From: an uncultured Candidatus Rokubacteria bacterium
GTDB lineage: Bacteria; Methylomirabilota; Methylomirabilia; Rokubacteriales; CSP1-6
Direction of reading: 5' to 3'
DNA length: 64,000 bases
Assembly: GCA_963758635.1 (NCBI GenBank)
Contig: CAVWWD010000008.1
Span: 416,001 to 480,000, forward strand
Shown: piece by piece, positions 30,067 to 41,810 of the stretch
Layout: the number at the start of each line of letters is the position of its first letter
Numbering within the stretch: position 1 is the first letter of the stretch
Program-made: the position numbers and the translations under genes
The notes under the pieces: model-generated
The model's database searches: none
Told to the model about the DNA's origin: nothing
What the model saw: the letters and a program-made list of their open reading frames with translations, nothing else

Positions 30067-31497
30067 ATGAGGGCGCACACCCCCTCCTCCGGAGCGTCAG
30101 GGCCGACCGGTGACACGGGGCCGGCGTGGGCGACGGGGCCGACCGCTTCCGCCGGACCGAGGGCCGGCCTCCGGGCCGCCGGCGCCGTGGTGGCGGTCGC
30201 CGTGCTCCTCGGCGGCGGGTGCGCGGGCGATGCGCGCGCTCCGGAGCGAGCGGCCACCCCGGCCACCGTCGTCGCCGCGGCGCCCCCACGCCCCACGCCC
30301 TGGGTGACCCGCGCGATCCCCGAGGCCCGCGGCACCATCCGCGCCGGGGCCGACGGCAAGCGAGAGGCGCTCCGCTACCGGGGCTGGACCACCCAGGACT
30401 TCGGCGCGTTTCGCACGTACGCGTACGACGACGCCCGGCCCGAGCCGCCGGCGGCGCGCGGGCCGATGCCGAAGATCGCCGGCGATCCGGGGATCGGGCG
30501 GCGGCTCTTCCTCGACCGGAACCGCGGCCCGTGCACGGGCTGCCATCTCATCCGCGGCGACGACGTGTGGCCGGCGGGCAGCGTGGGCCCGGACCTCTCC
30601 ACGGTGGGGGACCGGGGCCTCACCGACGCGTACCTCTTCGACATGATCTACGACCCGCGTCACGTCTTCCCGAACACCACGATGCCGCCGTGGGGCGCCC
30701 AGCACGTGTTCACGCCCGTCGAGATCGTGCACCTCGTCTCGTTCCTCCAGACCGAGAAGGGGCCGCTGCCCGTCGAGAAGGACGCCGAGCGCAACCCGGC
30801 CACGCGCGCCCGGCCCGTGGGCTTCGGGGACAACCTGGATCCCACCAACAACCCCGCCGTGCTCCGCGCCGAGGCGGCCGAGGAGACGTGGGCGCGGAAG
30901 GGGCCGGCCGGGAAAGCCTGCGCCGACTGCCACGCCGGGGGTCCTCCGGCATCGATGCGGGGCGTCGCCACGCGCTACCCCGCCTACGTGCCGGCCGAGC
31001 GTCGGGTCATGAGCATCGAGGACTTCCTCTCCGTGCACGGGCCGGCCCGGACGGGCGAGGCGTTCCCGGCGCAGAGCCGGGAGAACCTCGACCTGACCAT
31101 GCTGATCAAGATGGCGTCGAACGGCATGCCCGTCACGCTCGACCTGTCGAGGCCCGAGACGCAGGCGGCCGTCGCCCGGGGCCAGCGGAGCTTCGAGCGG
31201 CGCGTGGGCCAGCGCAACCACGCGTGCGCGGACTGCCACACCACGGGCAAGGGCGCGGACAAGTTCCTCGGCGGTCGCCTCCTCGCCAACGTCGACGTCG
31301 GGCTCACGCGCCACTTCCCGACGTGGCGGACCAGCCAGGGCGACGTGTGGGACATGCGCCGCCGCATGCAGTGGTGCATGACGCCGCTCGGGATGAACAT
31401 GCTCGCCGCCGACGCGGTGGAGTACGCGGAGCTGGAGCTCTACCTCGCCACGTTCGACCAGGGGAAGCCCCTGAGCGTCCCCGGCATCCGCCACTGA
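30067..31497 (+). CDS. soxA: Triheme SoxX-SoxA fusion cytochrome
   Basis: SoxX-like CTGCH..AGSVGPDL..MPPWG followed in frame by CADCH, GQRNHACADCH, FPTWR and RRRMQWC (SoxA active site). Confidence 0.88.
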   Translation: MRAHTPSSGASGPTGDTGPAWATGPTASAGPRAGLRAAGAVVAVAVLLGGGCAGDARAPERAATPATVVAAAPPRPTPWVTRAIPEARGTIRAGADGKREALRYRGWTTQDFGAFRTYAYDDARPEPPAARGPMPKIAGDPGIGRRLFLDRNRGPCTGCHLIRGDDVWPAGSVGPDLSTVGDRGLTDAYLFDMIYDPRHVFPNTTMPPWGAQHVFTPVEIVHLVSFLQTEKGPLPVEKDAERNPATRARPVGFGDNLDPTNNPAVLRAEAAEETWARKGPAGKACADCHAGGPPASMRGVATRYPAYVPAERRVMSIEDFLSVHGPARTGEAFPAQSRENLDLTMLIKMASNGMPVTLDLSRPETQAAVARGQRSFERRVGQRNHACADCHTTGKGADKFLGGRLLANVDVGLTRHFPTWRTSQGDVWDMRRRMQWCMTPLGMNMLAADAVEYAELELYLATFDQGKPLSVPGIRH

Positions 31498-31521
31498 CCC
31501 GCGGCCGCGGAAGGTGAACCG

Positions 31522-33222
31522 ATGGAGGTGACGCGGCGCGACCTCCTCGCCCTCGTCGCGGCGGGCGGAGGCCTCGCCGCGGCCGGCCGCGCCGCGGCCG
31601 CGCTCGAGCCGGACCGCGCGCTCGAGTTCCAGGCGCTCGGCAACGTCACGCTGCTCCACATGACCGACTCCCACGCGACCCTCCTGCCCGTGCACTACCG
31701 CGAGCCCGACCTGCGCATCGGGATCGGCGACGAGGCGGGGACGCCGCCGTTCTCCACCGGCGCGGCGTTCCTCCGTGCCTACGGCATCGCGCGGGGCTCG
31801 GCGGCGGCCCACGCGCTCGCGCACCTCGACTTCGAGGCCCTGGCCGCGCGGTACGGGCGCATGGGAGGCTACGCGCACCTCGCCACGCTGGTCGGCCGCA
31901 TCCGCGCCGAGCGGCCGGGGCGCACGCTTCTCCTGGACGGCGGCGACACGCTCCAGGGCTCGGCGACCACGCTCTGGACGCGCGGCGCCGACATGGTGCG
32001 GGTCATGAACCAGCTCGGCGTGGACGTGCTGACGCCGCACTGGGAGTTCACTCACGGCCTCGATCGGGTCAAGGAGCTGTTCGGCGACCGGGAGCGGCGC
32101 GGGCTCTTCGCGGGCGACTTCGTCTGCCACAACTGCCGCGAGCTGAACTGGGACGACCCTGTCTTCCCCCCGTACACGGTGAGGGAGGTCGGCGGCGCCC
32201 GGATCGGCGTGATCGGCCAGGCCTTCCCCTACGTGCCCGTCGCCCACCCGCAGCGGATGGTGCCGGGCCTCACGTTCGGCATCCAGGAGGAGCGCGCGCA
32301 GCGGCTCGTGCAGGAGCTGCGGGACGATCGCAAGGTGGACGTGGTGGTGCTGCTGAGCCACAACGGCCTCTCCGCCGACCTCAAGATGGCCCGCCGCGTG
32401 AAGGGCATCGACGTGGTGCTAGGCGGCCATACCCACGAGGGGCTGCCCGAGCCGCTGATGGTGCGCGGCACGCTGGTGGTGAACTCCGGCGCCCACGGGA
32501 AGTTCCTGAGCCGCCTGGACCTCGACGTGCGCCACGGCGCCGTCGCCGCGTGGCGCTACAAGCTCCTGCCCGTGCTCTCGCGGCAGGTTCCCGCGGACCC
32601 CGCGATGGCCCGGCTCATCGCCGAGATCCGCGCGCCCTGGGAGACGCGCCTGGCCGAGCGGCTCGCCGTGTCGGAGACCCTCCTCTACCGCCGCGGCCAT
32701 TTCAACGGGAGCTTCGACGAGCTCCTGCTCGACGCGCTGGGCAAGCGCCTCGACGCGCCCATCGCCTTCTCGCCGGGGTTCCGCTGGGGGATCACCGTGC
32801 TGCCGGGCCAGCCCATCACGCTCGAGGACGTCTACGCCCACACCGGGCTCACGTATCCGAACACGCTCGTGCGCGAGCTGACGGGCGCCGAGATCCACCG
32901 GGTGATGGAGGACGTCGCCGACAACCTCTTCCATCCCGACCCCTACTACCGGCAGGGCGGCGACATGCTGCGGGTGGGCGGCCTGACCTACACGATCGAT
33001 CCGCGCCGCACGATGGGGGCGCGCATCACGGACATCCGGCTCGCCGGCCGTCCGCTGTCGCCGACCCAGCGCTACAAGGTGGCGAGCTGGGCGAGCGTGG
33101 GGCCGGAGGCTCCGGGCGCGCCCGCGCCCGAGGTGCTGGCCGCGCACCTGCGCGACCTCGGCCGCGTCAGGATCGACGCGCGGCCCCGCGTCCGCGTGGT
33201 GGGCGTCCCCGCGTCGGGCTGA
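31522..33222 (+). CDS. soxB: Thiosulfohydrolase SoxB
   Basis: Tat TRRDLL, TDSH, LDGGDTLQGS, HWEFT, GQAFPY, LSHNG, GGHTH, SPGFRWG and DPYYRQGGDM. Confidence 0.95.
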   Translation: MEVTRRDLLALVAAGGGLAAAGRAAAALEPDRALEFQALGNVTLLHMTDSHATLLPVHYREPDLRIGIGDEAGTPPFSTGAAFLRAYGIARGSAAAHALAHLDFEALAARYGRMGGYAHLATLVGRIRAERPGRTLLLDGGDTLQGSATTLWTRGADMVRVMNQLGVDVLTPHWEFTHGLDRVKELFGDRERRGLFAGDFVCHNCRELNWDDPVFPPYTVREVGGARIGVIGQAFPYVPVAHPQRMVPGLTFGIQEERAQRLVQELRDDRKVDVVVLLSHNGLSADLKMARRVKGIDVVLGGHTHEGLPEPLMVRGTLVVNSGAHGKFLSRLDLDVRHGAVAAWRYKLLPVLSRQVPADPAMARLIAEIRAPWETRLAERLAVSETLLYRRGHFNGSFDELLLDALGKRLDAPIAFSPGFRWGITVLPGQPITLEDVYAHTGLTYPNTLVRELTGAEIHRVMEDVADNLFHPDPYYRQGGDMLRVGGLTYTIDPRRTMGARITDIRLAGRPLSPTQRYKVASWASVGPEAPGAPAPEVLAAHLRDLGRVRIDARPRVRVVGVPASG

Positions 33223-33312
33223 TCGCCGTTCCGGGGCCCGGACGCACCACGGGCCACGCCGGGATCCGGCGTGGCCCGTTGATCCGCTGCTGGGTGCGGG
33301 TGTTGCCGCGCC

Positions 33313-33600
33313 TCAGTCCACTTCCTGAACGGACGGCGACGCGCCGCCGATCGTCATCTCCTGCTTCACCTCGACGATGACCTTCTTGCCGTCCTTGACC
33401 TCGTAGGTCACGAGCACGCGGTCGCCCGGCGTCATCTTGGGCTCCTGGCCGCTCTGCAGCCAGAGCTGGGTACCGTCCTCCAGGGTGAACGACTGCGCCG
33501 AGGGGTTGTACGACATGACGGTGCCCGTCATGTCCTCGGCAAGAGCGGGCACGGTGAGCGCCATGGACAGAGCGAACGCGAGCCCCAGTGCCTTCTTCAC
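33313..33600 (-). CDS. Small secreted OB-fold-like protein (DUF1344-like)
   Basis: Signal peptide ending ALA; FTLEDGT...GDRVLVTYE; GAGGAG RBS. Confidence 0.75.
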   Translation of the reverse strand: MKKALGLAFALSMALTVPALAEDMTGTVMSYNPSAQSFTLEDGTQLWLQSGQEPKMTPGDRVLVTYEVKDGKKVIVEVKQEMTIGGASPSVQEVD

Positions 33601-33657
33601 GATGTTTCTCCTCTGTTCGTCCGATCGTTAGGTTTGGATAGTTGCCTCCTTTCTCTG

Positions 33658-33672
33658 GCAATCGCCGTGCCG
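33658..33672 (-). promoter_or_regulatory. sigma54 (-24/-12) promoter for the small secreted protein
   Basis: Minus strand reads CGGCACG-GCGA-TTGC versus consensus TGGCACG-N4-TTGC. Confidence 0.8.
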
Positions 33673-33743
33673 GAACAGGAGAATCCGAGATGCGAGGAAT
33701 AACGCAGGCTTACGGAGGGCGATAGCGCCGCTAAGGGCCGCCG

Positions 33744-33783
33744 CGCGTGGCGAAGCGCCTCACCGCGTGGCGATGCGCCACAC
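33744..33783. promoter_or_regulatory. Putative enhancer (bEBP binding sites): two 20-bp direct repeats, each an inverted repeat
   Basis: cgcgtggcgaagcgcctcac and cgcgtggcgatgcgccacac, 70-110 bp upstream of the sigma54 promoter. Confidence 0.6.
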
Positions 33784-33799
33784 CGCGCGCTCCGGCCGG

Positions 33800-34551
33800 T
33801 CAGCGCGGCAGGAACTGCTTGAGGTCCGAGTCGCCGAGCGCGCGCAGGATGGTGGCCGCGCCCAGCACCGAGGTCTCCCCGGCCACCGGAAGCTGGATCG
33901 ACCGGTCCTCCATGGTCGGGATCGAGACCTTCGCGGTCCGGTAGCTCTCGACGATCCCGATCAGCTCCCCGCTGCGCGCGTCGAACACGCCGCCGCCGCT
34001 CGAGCCGTAGTTCACGGTGGCGTCGACGAGCGACGGATCGCCGGAGAGCGGGACCTTCCCGATGGCGCCGGCGATCTGGCTCACGATGCCCGACACCACC
34101 GTGAACCGCTGGCCCCACGGGAACGTGACCACGAGGACGGCGTCGCCGAGGCCGGCGGCCTGCTTGAGCCGCGCCGGCGCGACACCGGCGGCCTCCGCCA
34201 CGATCACCGCGAGGTCGTGGTCACGGCTCGCCAGCACGATCTCGCCGAGCACAACGTCCTCGTGCCCGGGCAGCCGCACGTACACGCGCTGCGGGCCCGG
34301 CGGATCCAGGAAGTGGCGGGCGGTGACGATCCACGTGCGGCGGGACCCCCGATCGCTCGCGATCACCACGCCGGAGGCGGCGCGCTGGGCGCCGCCCTCG
34401 CGCTCGGACCGGAGCTGCACGGTGCTCGCCACGATCCGGCCGATGAGCTCCGTCCGGTCGGCGGGCGCCGCCAGCGGCGGGGCGGCGGGCACGCCCGTGC
34501 TGGAGCACGCGGCGGCCAAGGCGAGGACGAGGGCCGCCGCCGCGGCGCGCC

Positions 34552-34555
<4 letters not shown>
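33800..34555 (-). CDS. Trypsin-like serine protease lipoprotein
   Basis: Lipobox AAAC; IVTARH, HDLAV and NYGSSGG triad. Confidence 0.85.
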
Positions 34556-35909
<1,354 letters not shown>

Positions 35910-35913
<4 letters not shown>

Positions 35914-37438
35914 CGGACCGGGCCCGCCGCGGGCAGGATCACGCGGAACGTGCTGCCCGTGCCTTCCTCGCTCTCGACCTCCATCTGGCCCTTGTGCTCG
36001 CGCACGATCTGGGACGTGATGAAGAGCCCCAGCCCGGTGCCGTGGGGCGGCTCCTTGGTCGAGAAGAACGGCTCGAAGATGCGCTCGCGATCGGCGAGGG
36101 AGACGCCCCGCCCGGTGTCGGCCACCGCGATCTCCACGTCGCCCGCCCGCGCCCGCGTCGTCACCTGGACCCGGCCCCCCGTGGGCGTGGCCGCCATGGC
36201 GTTGGTGAGCAGGTTCAGGATGACCTGCTGGAGCTGGTCGTGCTGGCCGAGCACGGCGGGCAGGGCGGGATCGCCGTTGACCTCGAGGGTGAGGCCGGCG
36301 CTGGCCAGGCCCGGGCGGACGAGGTCGGCGGTGTCCCGGGCCAGGCGCGCGAGGTCCACGGGCCTCGGCTCCGCGGGCACTCGCCGCGTCACGTCGAGGA
36401 GCCGCTCGATGATCTCGATGACGCGCCTGAGCTGGGCCTCGATGATCGTGAGGCGGCGCTCGATGTCCGGCGTCATGACCGACGGGCGGCAGGTCCTTGC
36501 GGAGGAGCTCCAGGTGCCCGGCGACCGAGTGGAGCGGCGTGCCCACCTCGTGCGCCACCTCGGCCATGACGCGTCCGGAGAGCGCGAGGCGCTCGGCGTG
36601 GCCGAGGCGGCGCTGCATCTCGAAGAGCAGCGCGTTGAGCTGCTCCACCTGCCGGTAGCGGCGGTCCAGCTCGTCGGTGGCCCCGGCGATCCGGGTGCGC
36701 AGCTCGTCGTTGAACCGCGCGATGCGCTCGACCATCTCGTTGTAGTGCCGGGCGAGCACGCCGAACTCGTCGCCCGTGGCGACCCAGACCGGCGAGGGAA
36801 CGCCGTCGTCGGCCGCGCGCGACACCGAGTCCATGAAGCGCCGGAGCGGCCGGTCCACGACCAGGTGGATGGCCCCGCTCATGAGCAGGCTCATGAGGGC
36901 CACCGACAGCGCGGTGAGCGCGAAGGCCCAGAAGCGGATGCGCGCGGCGAGCTCGTCGCCCCGCTGCGTCGAGAACTTCACCGCCACCGCCCCCGCGACC
37001 TGGCCCTCCAGCGTGATCGGGGCGAGGATCTCCCAGTGGCGCTCTCCCGCGCCGCCCCTCACGAAGCGCGAGACCAGGCGGCCGGCCCGCACCTCCTCGG
37101 CGTTGTCCCGGGTGAAGGCGAGCAGCGTCTCCGGCCGGCTGCTCGCGACGACCGTCGTGATCTCCTCGGGAGCGAAGGCGATGGACGTCGAGCTGGAGGA
37201 CGGTGCGGCGCAGCTCGATCAGGCGCCCGATCCGCCGCAGGACCGGCTCGGGCTCGAGCGGCGCCCGGTCGCCGATGGAGATCGCCACCTCGCGCGCGTA
37301 GAGGATGGCGCGCGACTTGAAGTCTTCCTCGATGGCGCGGCGGGCGAGCAGGAGGTTCGCCCACGTGAGGCCCGTGGACACCACGACGATGACCAGCGCG
37401 CTCAGGATGATCAGCTTGTGGCGGATCCCGATGCGCAT
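35910..37438 (-). CDS. HAMP sensor histidine kinase; apparent frameshifts near 36480 and 37180
   Basis: AHEVGTPL H-box, NLLTNA, DTGRG, FEPFFSTK and GTGLGL spread across three frames. Confidence 0.85.
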
Positions 37439-37527
37439 GGCCCGCGCTAGCCGATCCCGCAGCATCGGGGACGAGGCGCCGTCCTCGTGAACTCCGCCCC
37501 GTTCTGCGTTATTCGATCGCGCGGGGC

Positions 37528-38553
37528 TCATAGACCTCCGGCCGCCGCCGCCCCTGGTCCCGCCGCGCCGAGCTTCGGGAGCACCCGGTCGGTGAAGAGC
37601 GTGAAGCTCCTGTGGCTGAGGGGCGCGCACATGAGGTAGTCGAGGCCGATCGACTCCCGGAGCTCGGCGATCTTGTCGAGCACGCGCTCGGGCGTGCCGC
37701 GCAGGACCACCTCGTTCATGTAGCGCTCCACGGGGTCAACGTCGGGATTCCAGTGCGGCGGCGGCGGTCCCGCCCGCTTGGTGGGGTTGGCGTAGGACGC
37801 CACCGTCCATGCCGCGCCGGCCCGCGCGACCTCCTCGGCCTCCGCCTCGGTGGCGCCCACCGCGAGCATCCGCGCGGTCGGGATCACCCGGCCCTGCGCG
37901 GGGAACCCGTGCTCGCGGAGCACCTCGTGGTAGTACGCGCGCTTGGCCCCGATGTCGGCGTGCGTCGCGTGCGGGTCCTGCAGGATGTCGTAGCCCTTCT
38001 CCGCGGCGCGGCGGATGGAGTCGCGCGAGGTCGCGGCCAGCCACACCGGCGGGTGCGGCGACTGGAGCGGCTTGGGCAGCACCTCCTGGCCGTCGAAGCT
38101 CCAGAACCGGCCCTGGTACGCGACCCGCTCGTCGCGCCACGCGGCGAGGACGATCTCGACGGCCTCCCGGAAGCGGTCGGAGCTCTCCTCCACGGGCACT
38201 CCGAAGGCCTCGAACTCGGCCCGGTCGAACCCGCGTCCGGCGCCCCAGTTCACCCGGCCGCCGGAGAGCACGTCGATCATGGCGACCTCCTCGGCGAGGC
38301 GGAGAGGGTGGTAGAAGGCCGCCAGGGACACCGCCATGCCGATCCTGAGCCGCCGCGTGCGGGCGGCCACGTGGGCGGCCATGACGTTGATGGACGGGCA
38401 CACGCTGTAGGTGTTGAAGTGGTGCTCGGCGAGCCAGACGCAGTCGTACCCGGACTGGTCCATCACCTCGATGCGGGCGAGCGCCCGATCGTAGACCGCG
38501 GTGAGGGGGACCCGCCGCGACCACGAGAAGAACTGGAGAACGCCGACTCTCAC
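37528..38553 (-). CDS. Luciferase-like (LLM) flavin-dependent monooxygenase
   Basis: WLAEHH, HPLRLAEE..DVLSGGR and PKPLQSPHPPVW. Confidence 0.9.
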   Translation of the reverse strand: MRVGVLQFFSWSRRVPLTAVYDRALARIEVMDQSGYDCVWLAEHHFNTYSVCPSINVMAAHVAARTRRLRIGMAVSLAAFYHPLRLAEEVAMIDVLSGGRVNWGAGRGFDRAEFEAFGVPVEESSDRFREAVEIVLAAWRDERVAYQGRFWSFDGQEVLPKPLQSPHPPVWLAATSRDSIRRAAEKGYDILQDPHATHADIGAKRAYYHEVLREHGFPAQGRVIPTARMLAVGATEAEAEEVARAGAAWTVASYANPTKRAGPPPPHWNPDVDPVERYMNEVVLRGTPERVLDKIAELRESIGLDYLMCAPLSHRSFTLFTDRVLPKLGAAGPGAAAAGGL

Positions 38554-38862
38554 GGCGTCCAGGGTCCCGGCGCTTCGACCATGCGGTCCGTAGCATAGCA
38601 GACGCGCCCTCTCACCATGTGGGGGAGCGGCGCCGCTCCTCCCCCACGCCCCCCCACCACCTTCATCTGCCGGGCTCGGCCAACTGGGATCGTTCACGGT
38701 TGTTCCCGCGGCCCGCCCGAGGACGCAACGCCGGAGACGCAACAGCGGGGTCAGGCACGTGCGTTGCGCGGCGTGTTGCGCGAGTGCCTGACCCCGCGGT
38801 TGCGTGCGGGGCGGGCGCCCTCCGGGTTGACCGGGTCCCGACCCCCGCCGATACTCCAGGCC

Positions 38863-39642
38863 ATGGCCGAGTCGGTGCTGGTGGAGCGGCGGGCGCCGCT
38901 CGCGATCGTCACGCTGAACCGTCCGGAGAAGCACAACGCGCTCAGCCTGGAGCTGCTCGGGCGCCTCGAGCAGGCCGTGCGGGGGCTCGGGGAGGATCCG
39001 GACGTCCGGGTGGTGATCCTCCGCGGGAACGATCGCGCGTTCTCCACCGGCATGGACCTCGAGGACATTGCCGACGTCGCCGCGGTGGCCGACACCCAGC
39101 GCGCGCTCGGCGTGTTCCGGGACGCCAACGCCGCGGTCGAGCGCTGCCCGAAGCCCGTGATCGCCGCCATCGCGGGCTGGTGCGTGACCGGCGGGCTCGA
39201 GCTGGCCCTGGCCTGCGACGTGCGCGTCGCCGCCGACACCGCGCGCTTCGGCATCACGAGCGCGCGGATCGGCACGGTGGCGGGCGCGGGCGGCACCCAG
39301 CGCCTGCCCCGGCTCATCGGGCCCGGCCGCGCCAAGGAGATGCTCTTCTCCGCCGAGCCGATCGACGCCGCCGAGGCGCTCCGCATCGGGCTCGTGAACC
39401 GCGTCGTCGCCGCCGGGCAGGAGGTGGAGGCGGCCTGCGCCATGGGCGCCGTGTTCGCGCGGCGAGCGCCGCTTGGCCTGGCCTTCGCGAAGAAGGCGGT
39501 CGACGTGGGCCTCACCATGCCGCTGGACGCCGCGCTCGCGTTCGAGATGGGGCTCACCACGCAGCTGTTCACGACCGAGGACCGGGCCGAGGGGCTCCGC
39601 GCCTTCCGCGAGAAGCGCGAGGCGCGCTTCCGGGGCCGGTGA
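38863..39642 (+). CDS. Enoyl-CoA hydratase/isomerase family protein
   Basis: LNRPEKHNAL, FSTGMDL, GGLELALACD and GGTQRLPRLIG. Confidence 0.92.
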   Translation: MAESVLVERRAPLAIVTLNRPEKHNALSLELLGRLEQAVRGLGEDPDVRVVILRGNDRAFSTGMDLEDIADVAAVADTQRALGVFRDANAAVERCPKPVIAAIAGWCVTGGLELALACDVRVAADTARFGITSARIGTVAGAGGTQRLPRLIGPGRAKEMLFSAEPIDAAEALRIGLVNRVVAAGQEVEAACAMGAVFARRAPLGLAFAKKAVDVGLTMPLDAALAFEMGLTTQLFTTEDRAEGLRAFREKREARFRGR

Positions 39643-39652
39643 GGACGCGACC

Positions 39653-40402
39653 ATGGACCTGAAGGGGCAGGCGGCGCTGGTCACGGGGGGCGGGCAGGGG
39701 ATCGGCCGGGGCATCGTGCTCGCGCTGGCGGCGGCGGGCGCCGACGTGGCCGTGCTCGACGTGAATCCCGCCGCCGCGGCGGCCACCGCCGCGCTCGTGG
39801 ACGGCAGCGGCGGCCACGGGCTCGCGCTGGAGGCGGACGTGACCGACCTGGGCGCCGTGGAGACCGCCGTCGACGCCGCGGTGCGCGCCCTCGGCCGCCT
39901 CGACGTCCTCGTGAACAACGCGGGCTGGACGCCCAACGAGCCCTTCGTCGACAGCGCGGCCGAGACGTGGCAGAAGATCGTGGCCGTCAACTACACGGGC
40001 GTGCTCAACTGCACGCGGGCCGCGCTCTCCGTGATGGTCCCGGCGGGGCGCGGGCGCATCGTGAGCATCGCCTCGGACGCCGCGCGCGTGGGCACCCCGC
40101 GCGAGGCCGTCTACGCCGGCGCCAAGGCCGCGGTGATCGGCTTCTCGAAGGCGCTCGCCGCCGAGGTCGCGCGTCACGGCATCACCGTGAACGTGGTCTC
40201 GCCCGCCACCGTGGACACGCCACTCGTCCGCGGCATGCTGACCGCCGAGCAGATCGAGCGGCGCGAGAAGGCCAACCCGATGGGCCGCCTCGGACGCCCG
40301 GAGGACGTGGCGGCGGTCGTGCTCTTCTTCGCCTCGCCCGGCGCCGGCTATGTCACCGGCCAGGTGCTGAGCGTCAACGGCGGCGCGGTGCGCGCGGGGT
40401 GA
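39653..40402 (+). CDS. SDR oxidoreductase (BadH/FabG-like)
   Basis: TGGGQGIG, NNAGW, SDAARVG and YAGAK. Confidence 0.92.
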   Translation: MDLKGQAALVTGGGQGIGRGIVLALAAAGADVAVLDVNPAAAAATAALVDGSGGHGLALEADVTDLGAVETAVDAAVRALGRLDVLVNNAGWTPNEPFVDSAAETWQKIVAVNYTGVLNCTRAALSVMVPAGRGRIVSIASDAARVGTPREAVYAGAKAAVIGFSKALAAEVARHGITVNVVSPATVDTPLVRGMLTAEQIERREKANPMGRLGRPEDVAAVVLFFASPGAGYVTGQVLSVNGGAVRAG

Positions 40403-40447
40403 AGAGCGTGCAAGCTTCGACGCGCGCGCACAGGAGTGAGAGAGGCC

Positions 40448-41801
40448 ATGGACAGCGGCGCCCCGACCCCGGTGATGGACAAGCTGGTGGACTTCGTGCT
40501 CGGCCTCGAGACGGCGGCGCTGCCCGCGCCCGTGGTGGAGGCGGCCACGCGGTCCCTGACCGACTGGCTGGGCGCCGCCATCCGCGGCGCGGCGGAGCCC
40601 CTGGCCGACGCGATCGGGGCGGTGGTCGCGGCGATGGGCGGCGAGCCGCAGGCGACGATCGTGGGCCGGGGCCGGCGCACCAGCGCGCTCCACGCCGCGC
40701 TCGCCAACGGCGCGCAGTCGCACGCGCTGGATTTCGACGACACGCACCTGCCGTCGATCGTCCACGGGGCCGCGCCGGTGGCGCCGGTGGCGCTCGCCCT
40801 GGGCGAGTGGCGGCACGCGGGCGGCGCCGCCGTCCTCGCCGCCTTCGTCGCCGGCTTCGAGGTGGAGACGCGCGTCGGGCGCGTCCTCGGGCGGAAGCTC
40901 GCCGACCGGGGCTGGCACGTCACCGGCCTCCTGGGCCATTTCGGCGCCGCCGCCGCGGCCGGGAAGCTCCTCGGCCTCGACGCCTGCCGGCTCGCGCATG
41001 CCCTCGGCATCGCGGGCACGCAGGCCGCCGGCCTCGAGCAGTCGTTCGGCACCATGTCCAAGCCGCTCCATCCGGGGAAGGCGGCCATGAACGGGCTCCT
41101 CGCCGCGCTGCTCGCGCGCGAGGGCTTCACCGGCCCGACGGCGGTCCTCGACGGCGCCGCCGGCCTGCCCGCGACGTTCCTCGGCGTGACCGACATGGGG
41201 CGCGCGGTGGAGGACCTCGGCAAGCGGTTCGAGATCCTCGACAACAGCACCAAGTTCTACGCGGCGTGCCACCTCACCCACGCCACCATCGACGCGGCCC
41301 GCGCGGTGCGGGCCCGGGTGTCGCCCGATCCTGCGACCGTGGAGGCGGTCCGCTGCGACGTGAACCCGCTGGTCCTGAAAGTGGCCAACCACGTGGGCCC
41401 GCGCACGGGGCTCGAGGCCAAGTTCAGCGTGGCCTACTGCGCGGCGAGCGCCCTCGTCCGCGGCGAGGCGGGCGAGGCGGAGTTCACCGAGGCCCGCGTG
41501 GCCGACCCCGGCCGTCAGCCGCGTGATGGCGCGCGTCACCGCGGCGGCGGACCCCGCGATCCGCGTGGATGCGGCGCGGATCACCGTCCGCCTCACCGAC
41601 GGCCGCGTGCTCGAGGAGCGGGTGGCGGCGGCGCGCGGCACGCCGGACAACCCGCTCACCCGCGAAGAGGTCGAGGCGAAGTTCACGCGGCTGGCCGGCG
41701 TCGTCCTCCCCACGGACCGCGTGGCCCGGCTCGCCGCCGCGCTCCGCCGGCTGCCCGAGGTGGGCGACGTGGCGGAGATCGCCGCGCTCGCCGCGGGCTG
41801 A
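40448..41801 (+). CDS. MmgE/PrpD family protein; apparent frameshift near 41510
   Basis: SHALDFDDTH, GWH.TG, KPLHPG, KFYAACH and EAKFS; C-terminus GTPDNPL in the 41523..41801 frame. Confidence 0.88.
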
Positions 41802-41810
41802 GCCGCGCGC

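Noticed and set aside
38619..38792. Hairpins in the divergent LLM/crotonase spacer
   Set aside because: Single occurrences in GC-rich DNA; cannot be assigned as terminator, repeat or RNA from this window
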